Positions 51,240 through 63,400 of a stretch of DNA of 64,000 nt are shown here, in pieces. This stretch comes from Macrostomum lignano (taxonomy: Eukaryota). The notes below the pieces were generated by a model, which worked only from the letters and a program-made list of their open reading frames with translations, was not told where the DNA came from and ran no database searches. The first letter of the stretch is position 1. Each line of letters opens with the position of its first letter. The stretch covers positions 62,001 through 126,000 of the forward strand of contig NIVC01001482.1 in NCBI GenBank assembly GCA_002269645.1, read 5' to 3'. The position numbers and the translations under genes are program-made.

Positions 51240-52560
51240 CTAAGCATTCTTTATGGCTTTCATCTTGGCGAAGTGCTTGACGGTGAGAGTAAATGTGAAA
51301 CTGGCCAGCTGCAGCATGAAGGCGAACAGAGTCATCAAGAAGGCGTGCTGGGTCAGGCGCAGGCATCCGATCCGAAGCAAATTCGAGTACTGAATCGATG
51401 GTCGGAACTCGTAGCAGGGACACAGCACCAGATTCCAGTAGCAGCAGAGGCAGAGCAGCAGACAGGGACACATGTTGAACATGAGTGTCCAGCTACAGTT
51501 TTGTGGGTTTGGGTTCATTCAATGCTGTAAAACATTTTCATGCACGCAAGATGAAAAAACCAATCACGTACAGCCGTTAGTAAGCCATTTTGTTCGAGTT
51601 CAGATTTGTGGATTTATACGCCACGAATTTTCCAGCATTTTCTTGGGCTTTACGAGGCTCGTAGCACCAGGGGCTCTAGCACCAAGGGTACCAGCACCAG
51701 GGGCTCTAGCACCAACGGCACCAGAGGCTCTAGCACCAGGGGCACCAGCACCAGGGGCTCTAGCACCAAGGGCACTAGCACCAGGGGCTCTAGCACCAAG
51801 GGCACCAGCACCAGGGGCTCTAGCACCAAGGGCACTAGCACCAGGGGCTCTAGCACCAAGGGCACCAGCACCAGGGGCTCTAGCACCAGGGGAGCCAGCA
51901 CCAAGGGCACCAGCACCAGGGGCTCTAGCACCAAGGGAACTAGCACCAGGGGCTCTAGCACCAAGGGCACTAGCACCAGGGGCTCTAGCACCAGGGGAGC
52001 CAGCACCAAGGGCACCAGCACCAGGGGCTCTAGCACCAGGGGCACCAGCACCAACCAACCGCGAGAGTACTTATAAACTATAAAGCATCTAAAACTAGTA
52101 CAACTGTACTTAATAAGTATAAATTTCAAGATTTTTCTATACAGTATACCCAGTCCACACAGCCGCTGCGTGGCCATCCTGATCGCCAACCGGTTGATGA
52201 ACTCAAAACAAAAAGCAATTAATAAACCCACCGATTCACGCTCAGCATCTGCAGTGTGTTGGCATTCTGAAATTCGTTGGCTCGAATCCGCTCTCGACCA
52301 ACCCTGGCGTAGCGGATGCTGGATGCCAGCAGGGAATTGGCCGCGCCGCCGATGCAGAAGCTGGAGAGCCACACGGTGCTTGCAGTGGCCCACGGCCGGA
52401 GGACATTGACCACGAATAGCTCGGAGAATTGCAAGGGCAGCGCCACGGCCATGCACAGATTCACTATGCTGGCCGTGAGCATGCTCACGTTAATTAAGCC
52501 GACTAGAAACGAACCGTAGGTCTCCAGAAAGTACCTAACTCGCTCGTTTTTAGGAGCCAT
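51240..52560 (-). CDS. Uncharacterised four-pass membrane protein (about 193 aa)
   Basis: Exons 52560-52232 and 51492-51240 joined in phase 2 (CG|GTGGGT..TAG|C). Four hydrophobic segments: FLVGLINVSMLTASIVNLCMAVAL, STVWLSSFCIGGAANSLL, LMFNMCPCLLLCLCCYWNLVLC, AFLMTLFAFMLQLASFTFTL. Confidence 0.6.
51661..52053. repeat. 15/30-bp array (AGCACCAGGGGCTCT/AGCACCAAGGGCACC)n in the 4-TM gene intron
   Basis: Direct reading. Confidence 0.9.
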
Positions 52561-53000
52561 CTCGCGACTAAGGACTGAATTCCTATAATGTCTTAATAGA
52601 ATTTTATATACGATTGAGAGCTTCATGCAAGCTCAAGTGAGTTCACGCGGTTTGTGCCATAGAGATGCGCTTGCCGGCACCAACCGGTACTATATTAACT
52701 AGACTCACCACATTTGCGCTTAACCGCTACAAAGGGCAGTCAGAAAGTAATGATATTCATAATTGTGTTGTAACTCGCTTTTGTTCTTTATTTGACCGAG
52801 TTTTGATTCTTCTGTAGGGATTGAGGTCTGCATGGTGACGCTCTAAATCCAGGGGCGTCGCCATGGATTGTATGCTGGGGGACAAAGCCAAGAATTCTAC
52901 ATGTACGTGTACATGACTAAATTCCTACGTGTACATTGTTTTCAGAATTGGTGTTGTCAGCGCTCATTTTAGCGCCACAGGCCGCAGCTGACAAAATATA

Positions 53001-54021
53001 GTGCCTGCGGTGCTAAAATGAGTGCCTGCGGCGCTAAAATGAGTGCCTGCGGTGCTAAAATGAGTGCCTGCGGCGCTAAAATGAGTGCCTGCGGTGCTAA
53101 AATGAGTGCCTGCGGCGCTAAAATGAGTGCCTGCGGTGCTAAAATGAGTGCCTGCGGCGCTAAAATGAGTGCCTGCGGTGCTAAAATGAGTGCCTGCGGC
53201 GCTAAAATGAGTGCCTGCGGTGCTAAAATGAGTGCCTGCGGTGCTAAAATGAGTGCCTGCGGCGCTAAAATGAGTGCCTGCGGTGCAAAAATGAGTACCT
53301 GCGGAGCTAAAATGAGTGCCTGCGGTGCTAAAATGAGTGCATGCGATGCTAAAATGAGTGCCTGCGGTGCTAAAATGAGTGCCTGCGGTGCTAAAATGAG
53401 TGCCTGCGGTGCTAAAATGAGTGCCTGCGGTGCTAAAATGAGTGCCTGCGGTGCTAAAATGAGTGCCTGCGGTGCTAAAATGAGTGCATGCGGTGCTAAA
53501 ATGAGTGCCTGCGGTGCTAAAATGAGTGCCTGCGGTGCTAAAATGAGTGCCTGCGGTGCTAAAATGAGTGCCTGCGGTGCTAAAATGAGTGCCTGCGGTG
53601 CTAAAATGAGTGCATGCGGTGCTAAAATGAGTGCCTGCGGTGCTAAAATGAGTGCCTGCGGTGCTAAAATGAGTGCCTGCGGTGCTAAAATGAGTGCCTG
53701 CGGCGCTAAAATGAGTGCCTGCGGTGCTAAAATGAGTGCCTGCGGCGCTAAAATGAGTGCATGCGGCGCTAAAATGAGTGCCTGCGGCGCTAAAATGAGT
53801 GCCTGCGGCGCCAAAATGAGTGCCTGCGGCGCTAAAATGAGTGCCTGCGGCGCTAAAATGAGTGCCTGCGGTGCTAAAATGAGTGCCTGCGGCGCTAAAA
53901 TGAGTGCCTGCGTCGCTAAAAATGTGCCTGCGGCGCCAAAATGAGTGCCTGCGGCGCCAAAATAAGTAGGCGCTAAAATGAGTGGACGCTAAAATGAGTG
54001 CCTGCGGCGCCAAAATAAGTA
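53001..54021. repeat. 21-bp array (GCTAAAATGAGTGCCTGCGGT)n
   Basis: About 48 units; one inverted partial monomer lies at about 52960-52976. Confidence 0.95.
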
Positions 54022-55001
54022 GGCTCCTACCCTTTAGCTCCTACCATAACTGTATGCGTTATAAAAATATCATTCGCAGCATTTTTATAACATTATAACA
54101 ATGTTATGACAAGGAGATGGTACTGGAAAATATCAATCCGGGGATTCTGTGACCCCTAATAGGTGCGGCTTCCAATTAACTGTGAGTTAAAAAATGAACA
54201 ACTCGAACTGCGCAAGAAGACGAAGAAGCATAGTTACATTAATTTCCGAGCACTCGAAATAACACCTGACTCGTTTGTCCACTGAACACACTGTAGCTTG
54301 TCAATTCTTAGAATTAGCTCGGACAGATGTTTTTTTATTAAAAAAAGAGAAAAACACAAGCGCCAGGATGACGAAATTGCTAACTTCCAACGGATCGATC
54401 GAGCTTGACACAGGCTTAAGAGACAACAAAAGCAGCTTAAACATGAAAACACATTATTGGCAAACAATGAAATAAACACGAAATAAACAAACAATAAGCT
54501 TTATTAAATTTAAACAGACGGGAAAGATAGATGGGAAACATAGAGAAGGTTATGGTGTGTCGGTGTGTGAGTGTGCAATTGTGCTTCTGTATTTAATAAC
54601 TGGATTGCTAATCTAAGAACACAAGCGGAGACAAAGGCCAGTTCAACAACACACACACAGATTGAGTCGCACAAAAAAAATGACTTGAATTTCAATAAAA
54701 CTAATAAACGGGAAATCCGACACCAAACAACTCGGGGGAAAAGGGGGATCCGCTGGACTCTCGGAAGCAAAAGATTGACCAGACTGTCAAAATAACGGTA
54801 GAATTGTGTTTTGATAGTTGTATTACAGTATTAAGATAGTACTATTCAAATTGGTCAATAATCATGAGAAATTCTGCAGCAGAGACCATATGCTTTAATA
54901 AGATAGAAGAGCCAGTCATTAATGATTACCTGTATCATCTAGAAACAGAGCCAACAGACACAGACAGGCAGGCGGATTCCCACACAAAAAACTTATTTAG
55001 C

Positions 55002-58000
55002 TTAGACCAGCTTCTTAGCCTGGAAGAATGATTTTAGATGACGCATCTGCCAGAATCCGGTGCCAAGCAGGATCACGGTCTGCAGGATTGACCACCACAG
55101 TACGCGCTGGTTGGTGCTCTCGCTGATGTGGCGGAAGACTTCTTCGCGATGCTGCCAAAAGGGAAAGGTCGTGATGTTCAGTATTACTGTATAATCAGGG
55201 GAGATGCGCCCTCATGCACACGATCACACAGGATGTACAGCGGCACTGACTTTCTACTTATACATGCGCAACACCCAACCGGCTGGCGAGGGGCCCAGCC
55301 AAGGCAAGTCGCAAAAAATGCCGATCCAAGAATACAGACGCAGTACTAATTAGATGGCGAAGCATTGAGCTATAATAATGTAGTGAGCCGCTAGTTTAGT
55401 GTTTGGCGTCCCCCTTTGTCAGCAGTCTCCCTCGCCCTCGCCCTGGGTTGCTGTCTGCCGCTGGTCAGCTTGCCGCCCCCTTGGCCCGTCTGTTGCTGCC
55501 CTTGGCCTGTTCTGCCCTTCTGCGTCTCTGTTCTCAGCCCTCAGCTTCTCTGCTGTAGGCTGTCTCTGTTTCGTTCCCGTCCTGTTTTCCTCTGTCTTGT
55601 GAGCAAGTCACACGACAGATCTTGCGTTCTTGGAGTCTTAAAGTGCAGTAAACATGTTTACTGCACTCGCTGGTCCTGCTTACCGGGAGAATCACGTGCT
55701 TTCGGACCCCTCCCTTCTCTAAGGAGAGGAGTGATTCATGTTCCTAAAAATAGCAACTGAGTCACAGCCGCGTGTACTCTGGCCGGAGACCTCAAGTGAC
55801 GTCAGTTCTAAAAATAGAACAAGTCACGAGGTCTTGCGCGCGGGAGAATCCCGGCTATAAATAGGACCCCTCTCCCCCTTGTTTCCGTCAAGGAGCTTCC
55901 AGTTTTCTGACTGAGGATCTGTTTCTCGAGTTCCAAGTGCCGAGCTTCCGAGCCCGAGTGTCTGTACTGACCGCACGTCTGCGTACATTGAGTTCTCTGC
56001 TATTGGTCTGTCTAAGACCCTACTAAAGCAAACCCCAAGCCTACGAGAGGCTAACTCAGCCCTCCCTGTACCAACCAAGCCCGGCAGGTGCTGAGTTCGT
56101 TGACTTCGTTATTTCGTTCCGACGGGAAGCTCACCTCACCGAAGGCCGAGACCTGAAGGAACTGGTGGCAGCACTACCTACGCTACTGAGAGTTAAGAGA
56201 ACTTCCCACTGAAGAGGCTCGAGTCTCAAGGTAATCTTAAGCGCCTAAACCGGGAAGCAAACAGCGTTAGACTTCAATAATACAGTCATAGTTACTCCTG
56301 CCGTTTACCCAAAATTGTGTTTATTTTTTGGGGGGTTTTTCACTTGGGGTTGTGCATGTATACTCTTTGTGCCTTGAAGGTTGGCTCTAAACCTCCAGTG
56401 AGTTCCAACAGCTTACCCGCTGGTAGTTCTGCTCCTTGGAGATCTGCTCAACCTGGTCAAGCAGTTGTCGGACACGCAGCTCCAGATCGGTCAGCTTGTC
56501 CTTGGCGGCGATAGCGTAGTAGTCCTGGGCGTGCTCGCCAACCTGAATGTCCAGGTGTACGCGGAGCTGGCCGCTATTGAACCAAGCGGACGAGTTCGAG
56601 TGCAAGCAGATGGTGTGCTCGCCAGAGGTGTGCGAGGTGAAACTAAATTGGCCCTGATCCGAGTAGGTGCGCGACAGCACCATCTTGCGATCGGGATCCT
56701 TGATCTCTACGTGCATACCAAGGCCGCTGACAGTGGGCACAAATTTGTTCTGGCCCTTGTCGAATATCTCCACCTTGTACTTGCCTGCAGTTATGGGTAG
56801 TAATCTACTGTGATGAATTTGATTGATTCCATATGCCCTTGATTTTCCTACAACCTTTGTTAATATGCATGATGTTTTTTGGATCAAAAGATTCTGACAA
56901 GAGTTCTACTGCTATTTTGCTGACGCCATTTTACTATAATTATTTTTTTAATAACTCGCATTGTGTTAGTCTATCAAACGTTTGCTGAAGATGGTATTGG
57001 TTTTGACAATCAATATGAGAAAATGGACAATCAAAATGAAAACAGCCGTAGATCTGCATGCAGCAGCTCAGCTCAGCTTCGCAGCAGCTGCGGCTTAGGC
57101 CATAGACTTTTGACGATCGAAATGAGAATTGGACAATCAAAATGGCAACGCGCGGTTAGTTTAGCGAGGCAGCACATTTAAGCATTAGCCAGCCATCTTT
57201 CTCAGCCATCTCTCCAGTTTGCTGGTAATGGCACCACCTGTGAGTCCAGATGACAGACGTCGGCTCATCGAGGCAATAGATCGAGGCACACCGGTCAAGG
57301 ACGCAGCAATAATCCTTCAGCTGTCAAGTTCAACTGCTCATCGCATCGTGAGGCTGTACAGGAATGAGGGAAGGATGAACGGTATGCCTCGTGGAGGCCG
57401 AAAAGAAGCAAGGTGCAAGGTGGATGAGGAGATTCGTGAATTTCTGGAAGCAGAGGTGAACTGCTGTGTTTCCATCATTTTTCTGACTGTGTTGCCATTT
57501 CTGTTGTCAGTTTCTCGTTTCTATTGTTAAAATTTCATTCAAATAAACGCGCACACCGCTCCCGTTGCCATTTTGATTGTACAATTCTCATTTCGATCGT
57601 CAAAAAGTCTATGGCCTAAGCCGCAGCTGCTGCGAAGCTGAGCTGAGCTGCTGCATGCAGATCTACGGCTGTTTTCATTTTGATTGTCCATTTTCTCATA
57701 TTGATTGTCAAAACCAAATACTGACAAAAATTTAATTATATGCAAATGGATCTACTTACTTTTTGAATGCTTTTCTAAGATTTTGGCCATAGACAATTCA
57801 CATGAATTTACAAATTGGCTTTAATTCGAACCCTATACAATACCATTTCACCATTTTAAGTCTAGAAATAAAGAGCATTTTTAGTATATGGATATTGAAA
57901 AATAAATGGCAACATTGCATAGCTATCTCTTTTATAAGATTTCTATCATTTTTAGCTTTAGACTAGCAATCAGTACCCCCCACAGTGGGAAGCTAACAGA

Positions 58001-61000
58001 ATCAAATACAATTTTTTAATAAACAATATTTAGCTTCTCCTTACAATAAATTTAGCAATTACAATTATAAACCTTGACATCTTAGTCATTCCCCCCAAAT
58101 GCCTTAACAATCCCTTCTATAAACCTTAACATCTTAGCCTTAGCAATACTACCCATAAGCATTACAATCTCAAACAATCCCCTCTCAGCCTTAAAATCTT
58201 AGCAATTTCACCTAACCCTAACCATAACCCTGAAACTAACCTTAATCCTAATCTTAACCCTAACCTCAACCCTAAAGCCTTAATGTCTTAGCAATTTTCC
58301 CCCCATAAACCTTGACAATTCAATAATTCTCCCTAAGAGTCACAGCATTATAGCAATTCCATCCAAGCCTTGACATCTCAGCAATCCACCAAGCCTTGAC
58401 ATATAAAAACTTCACCTTATTTCTATTATAATAAATTTTGAAAATGCATAGATATGAATCAAGGGTCTAGCAAAAATGCACCAAGGGGTCACTCTCCAAG
58501 GTACATGGGCTGCATCAAGGGGTCACCATGTGTCATACATGCCCAACCTCAAAATTTCACCCATCCAATGTGACTTAGTTTTGTCCAGATTTGCAACTTA
58601 GTTCCTCCTGATTGCAACTTAGTTCTTCCTAATTGTGACTTAGTTCCTCCTGATTGCAACTTAGTTCCTCCTGATTGCAACTTAGTTCCTCCTAATTGCG
58701 ACTTAGTTCCTCCTGATTGCAACTTAGTTCCTCCTGATTGCGACTTAGTTCCTCCTAATCGCGACTTAGTTCCTCCTAATCGCCACTTAGTTCCTCCTAA
58801 TTGTGACTTAGTTCCTCCTGATTGTGACTTAGTTCCTCCTGATTGCGACTTAGTTCCTCTCGATTGCAACTTAATTCCTCCTAATTGCAACTTAGTTCCT
58901 TCTGTTCTCTTTTTAGTTATTTCTCTTTCTCTTTTTACTCTTTCCCTCTCTCTTTTTCCTCCTTTCTTTTCTTTTTCTTTTCCTCTCTTTTCTTCTTCCA
59001 ATTTTTTGTTTTCCTATTTTGTTGGGCATGTATGCCAAGTGTGCATCAGGGCCCAGAAGGGGTTGGGACAATAAAGGACCTTTTGGCACTCTGCATTGTT
59101 TTAGCAGTGGTGGCACACCAGTGAAACAGCATTGCTACCCAGAGCATGCCAAATAGCATTTCCAACTTTTGATGTTTTGACATTTAGGCTATTCTATGCA
59201 TGGCTATTTTGATATAGATTTTAAGCATTATACCAAATGTCCCACTGTGCCGTACTATGTTAAGCATTACCACATAGAAAATGTGCCATGCTGTAGGGTC
59301 AATTTTAAAATGCACCAAATGGCTATCTGCCATTTAGCATTTTTTCCTATTGAGCACCTTATAGGCCATGCTATCTCATGATTAGCAATCTCCCTTAATA
59401 GCCTTGCCATTTTAGCAATTTCTCCTATAAGTCTTGACATCTAAGCAATTTTCCCTTATAAGTCTATAAGCTCTATATGCATTTGGTACTAAAGTAACTT
59501 GTTACCAAAACAGATGATCCTAGAATGATTTGTCATTATTATCAAACTGACTTTTACTAAAGTAACCATGATTTAAAAAATATGGTCACTTCAATGATTG
59601 CATATAATGTTACCAGGAGCATAGCCAAGGGGGAGGACACTAGGGACATATCCCCCCACCCTAAGGGAAGGGGGAATTTTTTATTACCTTTGTATTTTGC
59701 TTCTATCAGAGATGGATTCATGTTTTTGTCCCTTCCTGACATAAATCCTAGCTATGTGCTTAATTACTACCCTTGCCAAATAGTCCCTTTATCAATTATT
59801 TTACAAAATGCCAATTGACAAAAGGCTATAAGCTAAAAGGGCAACAGTCACAAGTCACAATATATTTTTTAGAATTATAAGTTAACATATATTAGACTTC
59901 TATATGATAAAAAGTATTTATTAAAAAAGGAGAATAATTAAAAAAAGGCCCACACTTGTGCAAGCATTGTTAACTTTAAATAGCAATATAGAATATAGTC
60001 TATTTTATGATTCCTAGCTGACTGTTGAAAAGCTTTATGGATATCAATAAAGCTAAAAGAAAGGCTGAACATAGCAAAAGATGAACATTAAGTCTGCCTT
60101 CTTTGTTAAAAGCAATATCAATTTTTCTGCTAAAAATGATTTATTGTATATTTAAAGTAGTATTTGTATATTTTATTGTATTGTCTTCTATTGTATATTT
60201 CTAGTAAAAAATATTGGTAACAGTCTACTTTGGTAATAGCCACTTTGGTAACAAGTGAGAATAACAATAATTGATATGATCTAAAAGAATATGCAAACAA
60301 ACCTTGGCTGTTACCAAAATGGTCATTTTTTGTTATCAAAATGGCAGTTACCAAAGTGGCATTCCTTTGGTTTACAATCATCCCAAACAGTGACAATCAC
60401 CTTAAAACATTAACAATCATAGTTATAAGCAGTTGTAAGATATAAAATCCATAGTTTCCAATGAAACAAAATAAAATGTTGGTGAACTAACTTGTTTATT
60501 TTAAAAGATGGTAAGATTATCATAGTAGCACCTTATATTTCACCTTTGGTTTATGATCATCCAAATGTTTGTTGCCCATTGAAATGATTGCAAACAGAAG
60601 CTAGCAATAGGAAAGCCTGTCAAACTAATTTCAACTGTCAAGTTGCAAGTTTGAGCTATGGTAGCCAATATATTTCACCTTTGGCTTACAATCACCCAAA
60701 CATATATTGCCCATTAAAATGATCATGAACCAAAGCTGGCCATAATAAAGTGTACTAAAGCCATAAAGGTTGATAATGATATGCTTTTCTACAGTCAGCT
60801 TTGGTTCATGATCATTTCAATGGAGTGTATATGTGGAAATGATTGTAAACCAAAAGTGAGGGAAGGTGCAAGCACTAAAGATTAATTATACTAAGCTAGG
60901 GTTGACATGCTTTCTTATAGCTAGCTTTGGTTTGCGATCATTTCAATGGGAGTGCATATATGAAAATGATTGTAAACCAAAAGTGAGGGGTGAGCTGAAG

Positions 61001-61574
61001 AATGAAGATTAATAAATAAGGTCTATGGTCTAAGGTCTAAGGTCTAAGACACTGAGTAGTAAGTAAGGTCTACTTTTTACTTTAAATTAGGGTTAATAAT
61101 AATGATTGAATAAAACTAAACTAAAGACAAGTTACTACTGTTATGGTGACCATAAAATTGAGGGACAATTATCTTTATGGTCAATACATAAAACAAAAAC
61201 CATCTAAATTAGGTAAGGAAGTTGCAGTGAAAATAAGAAGAGGTTGTTAAATTTTGCTTTTTGCTATTTTAGTATTTATATATGGTCACTGAAACAATAA
61301 CAAAGTCTGCTAAAACTAAAAACGACTCTCATCTACCTACCTACAATTATTACATAACATTTTTAAAAGCTAGTAATCGGCACACATTCCGATTTCAATA
61401 GTTCCGAGTTCAATAATCCAAAAACTTACCAACAAGCAATGTGTCCTCGGGAATTTCCTCAATGAAGCACTTAGTCTCAGTCTCTCCAATATGAAAGTAC
61501 AGTGCGTTTCCTGCAACACTTAGAAAGCAAAGAAAAAGAAATGAATATAAAAACTTGCTTGTACTAGCAGACAT
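55002..61574 (-). CDS. TMED9: p24-alpha family cargo receptor (TMED9/TMED4-like, GOLD domain), 220 aa
   Basis: Exons 61574-61430 (signal peptide + [18 protein letters not shown]), 56784-56417 ([37 protein letters not shown]), 55151-55002 ([26 protein letters not shown]); 663 nt in frame. Confidence 0.95.
55379..56276. mobile_element. Probable solo LTR (898 bp) in TMED9 intron 2
   Basis: TG...CA ends with imperfect inverted termini (TGTAGT / ACTTCA); 4-bp TSD ATAA at 55375-55378 and 56277-56280; internal TATAAATA at about 55856. Orientation unresolved. Confidence 0.65.
56997..57718 (+). mobile_element. Internally deleted Tc1/IS630-like DNA transposon
   Basis: About 155-bp TIRs (56997-57150 and 57563-57718) flanked by TA. 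The internal ORF from 57228 ([42 protein letters not shown]) is a transposase N-terminal HTH; no DDE domain. Confidence 0.8.
58534..59034. mobile_element. hAT-like MITE carrying an internal 21-bp tandem array
   Basis: Perfect 14-bp TIR CATACATGCCCAAC / GTTGGGCATGTATG; 8-bp TSD CCATGTGT / CCAAGTGT (7/8); array (GCAACTTAGTTCCTCCTGATT)n at about 58585-58898. Confidence 0.75.
60534..60990. mobile_element. Foldback-like modular inverted repeat (A-B-B'-A')
   Basis: Related ~85-90-bp units at 60534-60625 and 60669-60752 pair with inverted units at 60901-60990 and 60782-60863. Confidence 0.6.
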
Positions 61575-62265
61575 TTCTAAGCTTTAAATGTAAAAATGGC
61601 CTTAAATTATTTCAAAAAGCGTTTCTCAGTGTAATTGTATTATAGTTGTCGGTGTATTTTTGAGCAAATTTACACGTAGGCAACAGCATTTAAAAATGCA
61701 GGTAAACGCTAACCCATTGAAACAAACGTAAATAAAGACATATTACTGACGGATTTAACTCTTACTTTTTTGTTTATGAGTTAGACAAACAGATTTTACA
61801 TTTTTTTGCGCAAAAACTACTGAATTTGTAGAAAGTGGTTTTATTTTCTTTTATACAAAAAATACGTTGACGTCAAGCGCGTTGTATATATATCAGAATG
61901 ATAAATCAATTTTATATTTTTATAGTAATTGTGTTGCGAGCTTTTCAGCCTATCTGTGTCTACCAGCCAAGTCTCTAGTATACAACACTTTATGTTTCTT
62001 TTTTCGAGACGCGAGTCCTTAATCATCAATGATAACTTTGTGATAAGTCAAATGTTTTAGGCCCTACCTAGGCGGGGGCTAGGCCCCTACTTTTTGTTTT
62101 ATAGTATAGTAAAGGTAAAGGTAAAACCAAGCCATGCCCAAGGCTTCATAGACATAATCATACTCACTACAACTTGCAATTACAACTGCAAGCCCTCTTC
62201 TATGTCAATTAAGTTAGTGCTTACTATTTTAGTAGCATAGGACTTATTAAGACTATAAGTATAGT

Positions 62266-62630
62266 TTTTTTTATTAGAGGCAGGGGGGTTGTGTGCACCC
62301 TGGCGCAATTTAAGCATCATTGGCACACAACTGGCGAGAGGCATTGCTGCCCATTCCGCCAACTCCCTTGAGCAGGCATACAAGTGCGCGGATACGTTAC
62401 GCAGGCACACACTCACTCTCACACAGGAGTGTACAGCGGCCCTAACTTTATCAATTGTTAGGCATGTACATTTCACTGCGCCTTGGGGGGTTGGCTCTCA
62501 AGGCCGTTAATTGCACAAGCGAGCCAAGCCAAGATTCCAATCCAGCCCTAAATTAATGTGGCTGCACTTGGAATCGAGCCTGGGTCGTGGCACACCAGAG
62601 CAGCTGCGCTACCACTAGGCTACGGCCCCC
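62266..62630 (-). mobile_element. tRNA-derived SINE (family A), copy 3, more diverged
   Basis: Homologous to the two other copies; 12-bp TSD TATAAGTATAGT / TATAAGTGTAGT (1 mismatch). Confidence 0.85.
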
Positions 62631-62656
62631 TATAAGTGTAGTAGTGGCGGTAATGG

Positions 62657-62987
62657 CCACTACTAGCAATGGCTAGAGTTCCGGCACCGGAACCCATTTA
62701 CTAATGATGGCTATGGATCCGGCAGTCTTCTGCAAGCAGTTATCTACTAATGAAGTCTTGAACATTAGAAGTATCTTGATTTGAATCTTATCGTTTCGTT
62801 TTGATCTTATTTTGGACAATAATATCAATAGGCCTATCAACTACCTGTTAATATTAAAAAGAAAAATGTTTCTGCTATATTATACCTATAAATTGCACTA
62901 CTGAAATACATGTACATACCACTGCTAGATCCATAGCAATTAGAAAATGGGTTCCGGTGCTGGAACTCTAGCCATTGCTAGTAGTGG
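62657..62987. mobile_element. MITE with about 43-bp TIRs
   Basis: CCACTACTAGCAATGGCTAGAGTTCCGGCACCGGAACCCATTT and its inverted copy (1 mismatch) ending at 62987. No TSD identified. Confidence 0.65.
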
Positions 62988-63400
62988 TATGACCTCTTAA
63001 ACTTTGTCTAACTCGGAATATTCCAACCATTATTCTGACTGATAATGAGGTTAATTACAAGTCAGAATAAGATTTAAAATAATATTTAGAGTCTTGCAGT
63101 GTATTAAATAATCAGTTGAAATAATAGTTGGAATGATATTTTGACTCTTGCAACATATTTGATTATCAGTTGGAATAATAGTCAGAATATTAAGGTGGGG
63201 GGCGGAGAAGATTATTATGGAAATTGTTGGGTTCAAAATTGGGTTTGAACTTGAAAGTTGTCGGTTTGCTGTTGTTGACACTGCAAAATGGCAGTCTTAG
63301 ACTTGAATTGCCGCTTATATTGTCTTAGCACTTGTAAAGCTAGAAAATTGCACAAATTGATGCATTGATTCTTCTCTTTGGATACTCCATTTGCTGGGGT

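Noticed and set aside
52150-52201. Extra micro-exon (FINRLAIRMATQRLCG) in the 4-TM gene via a 38-nt intron
   Set aside because: Its phase-1 donor leads to stops at the downstream acceptors; the two-exon phase-2 model reads through cleanly.
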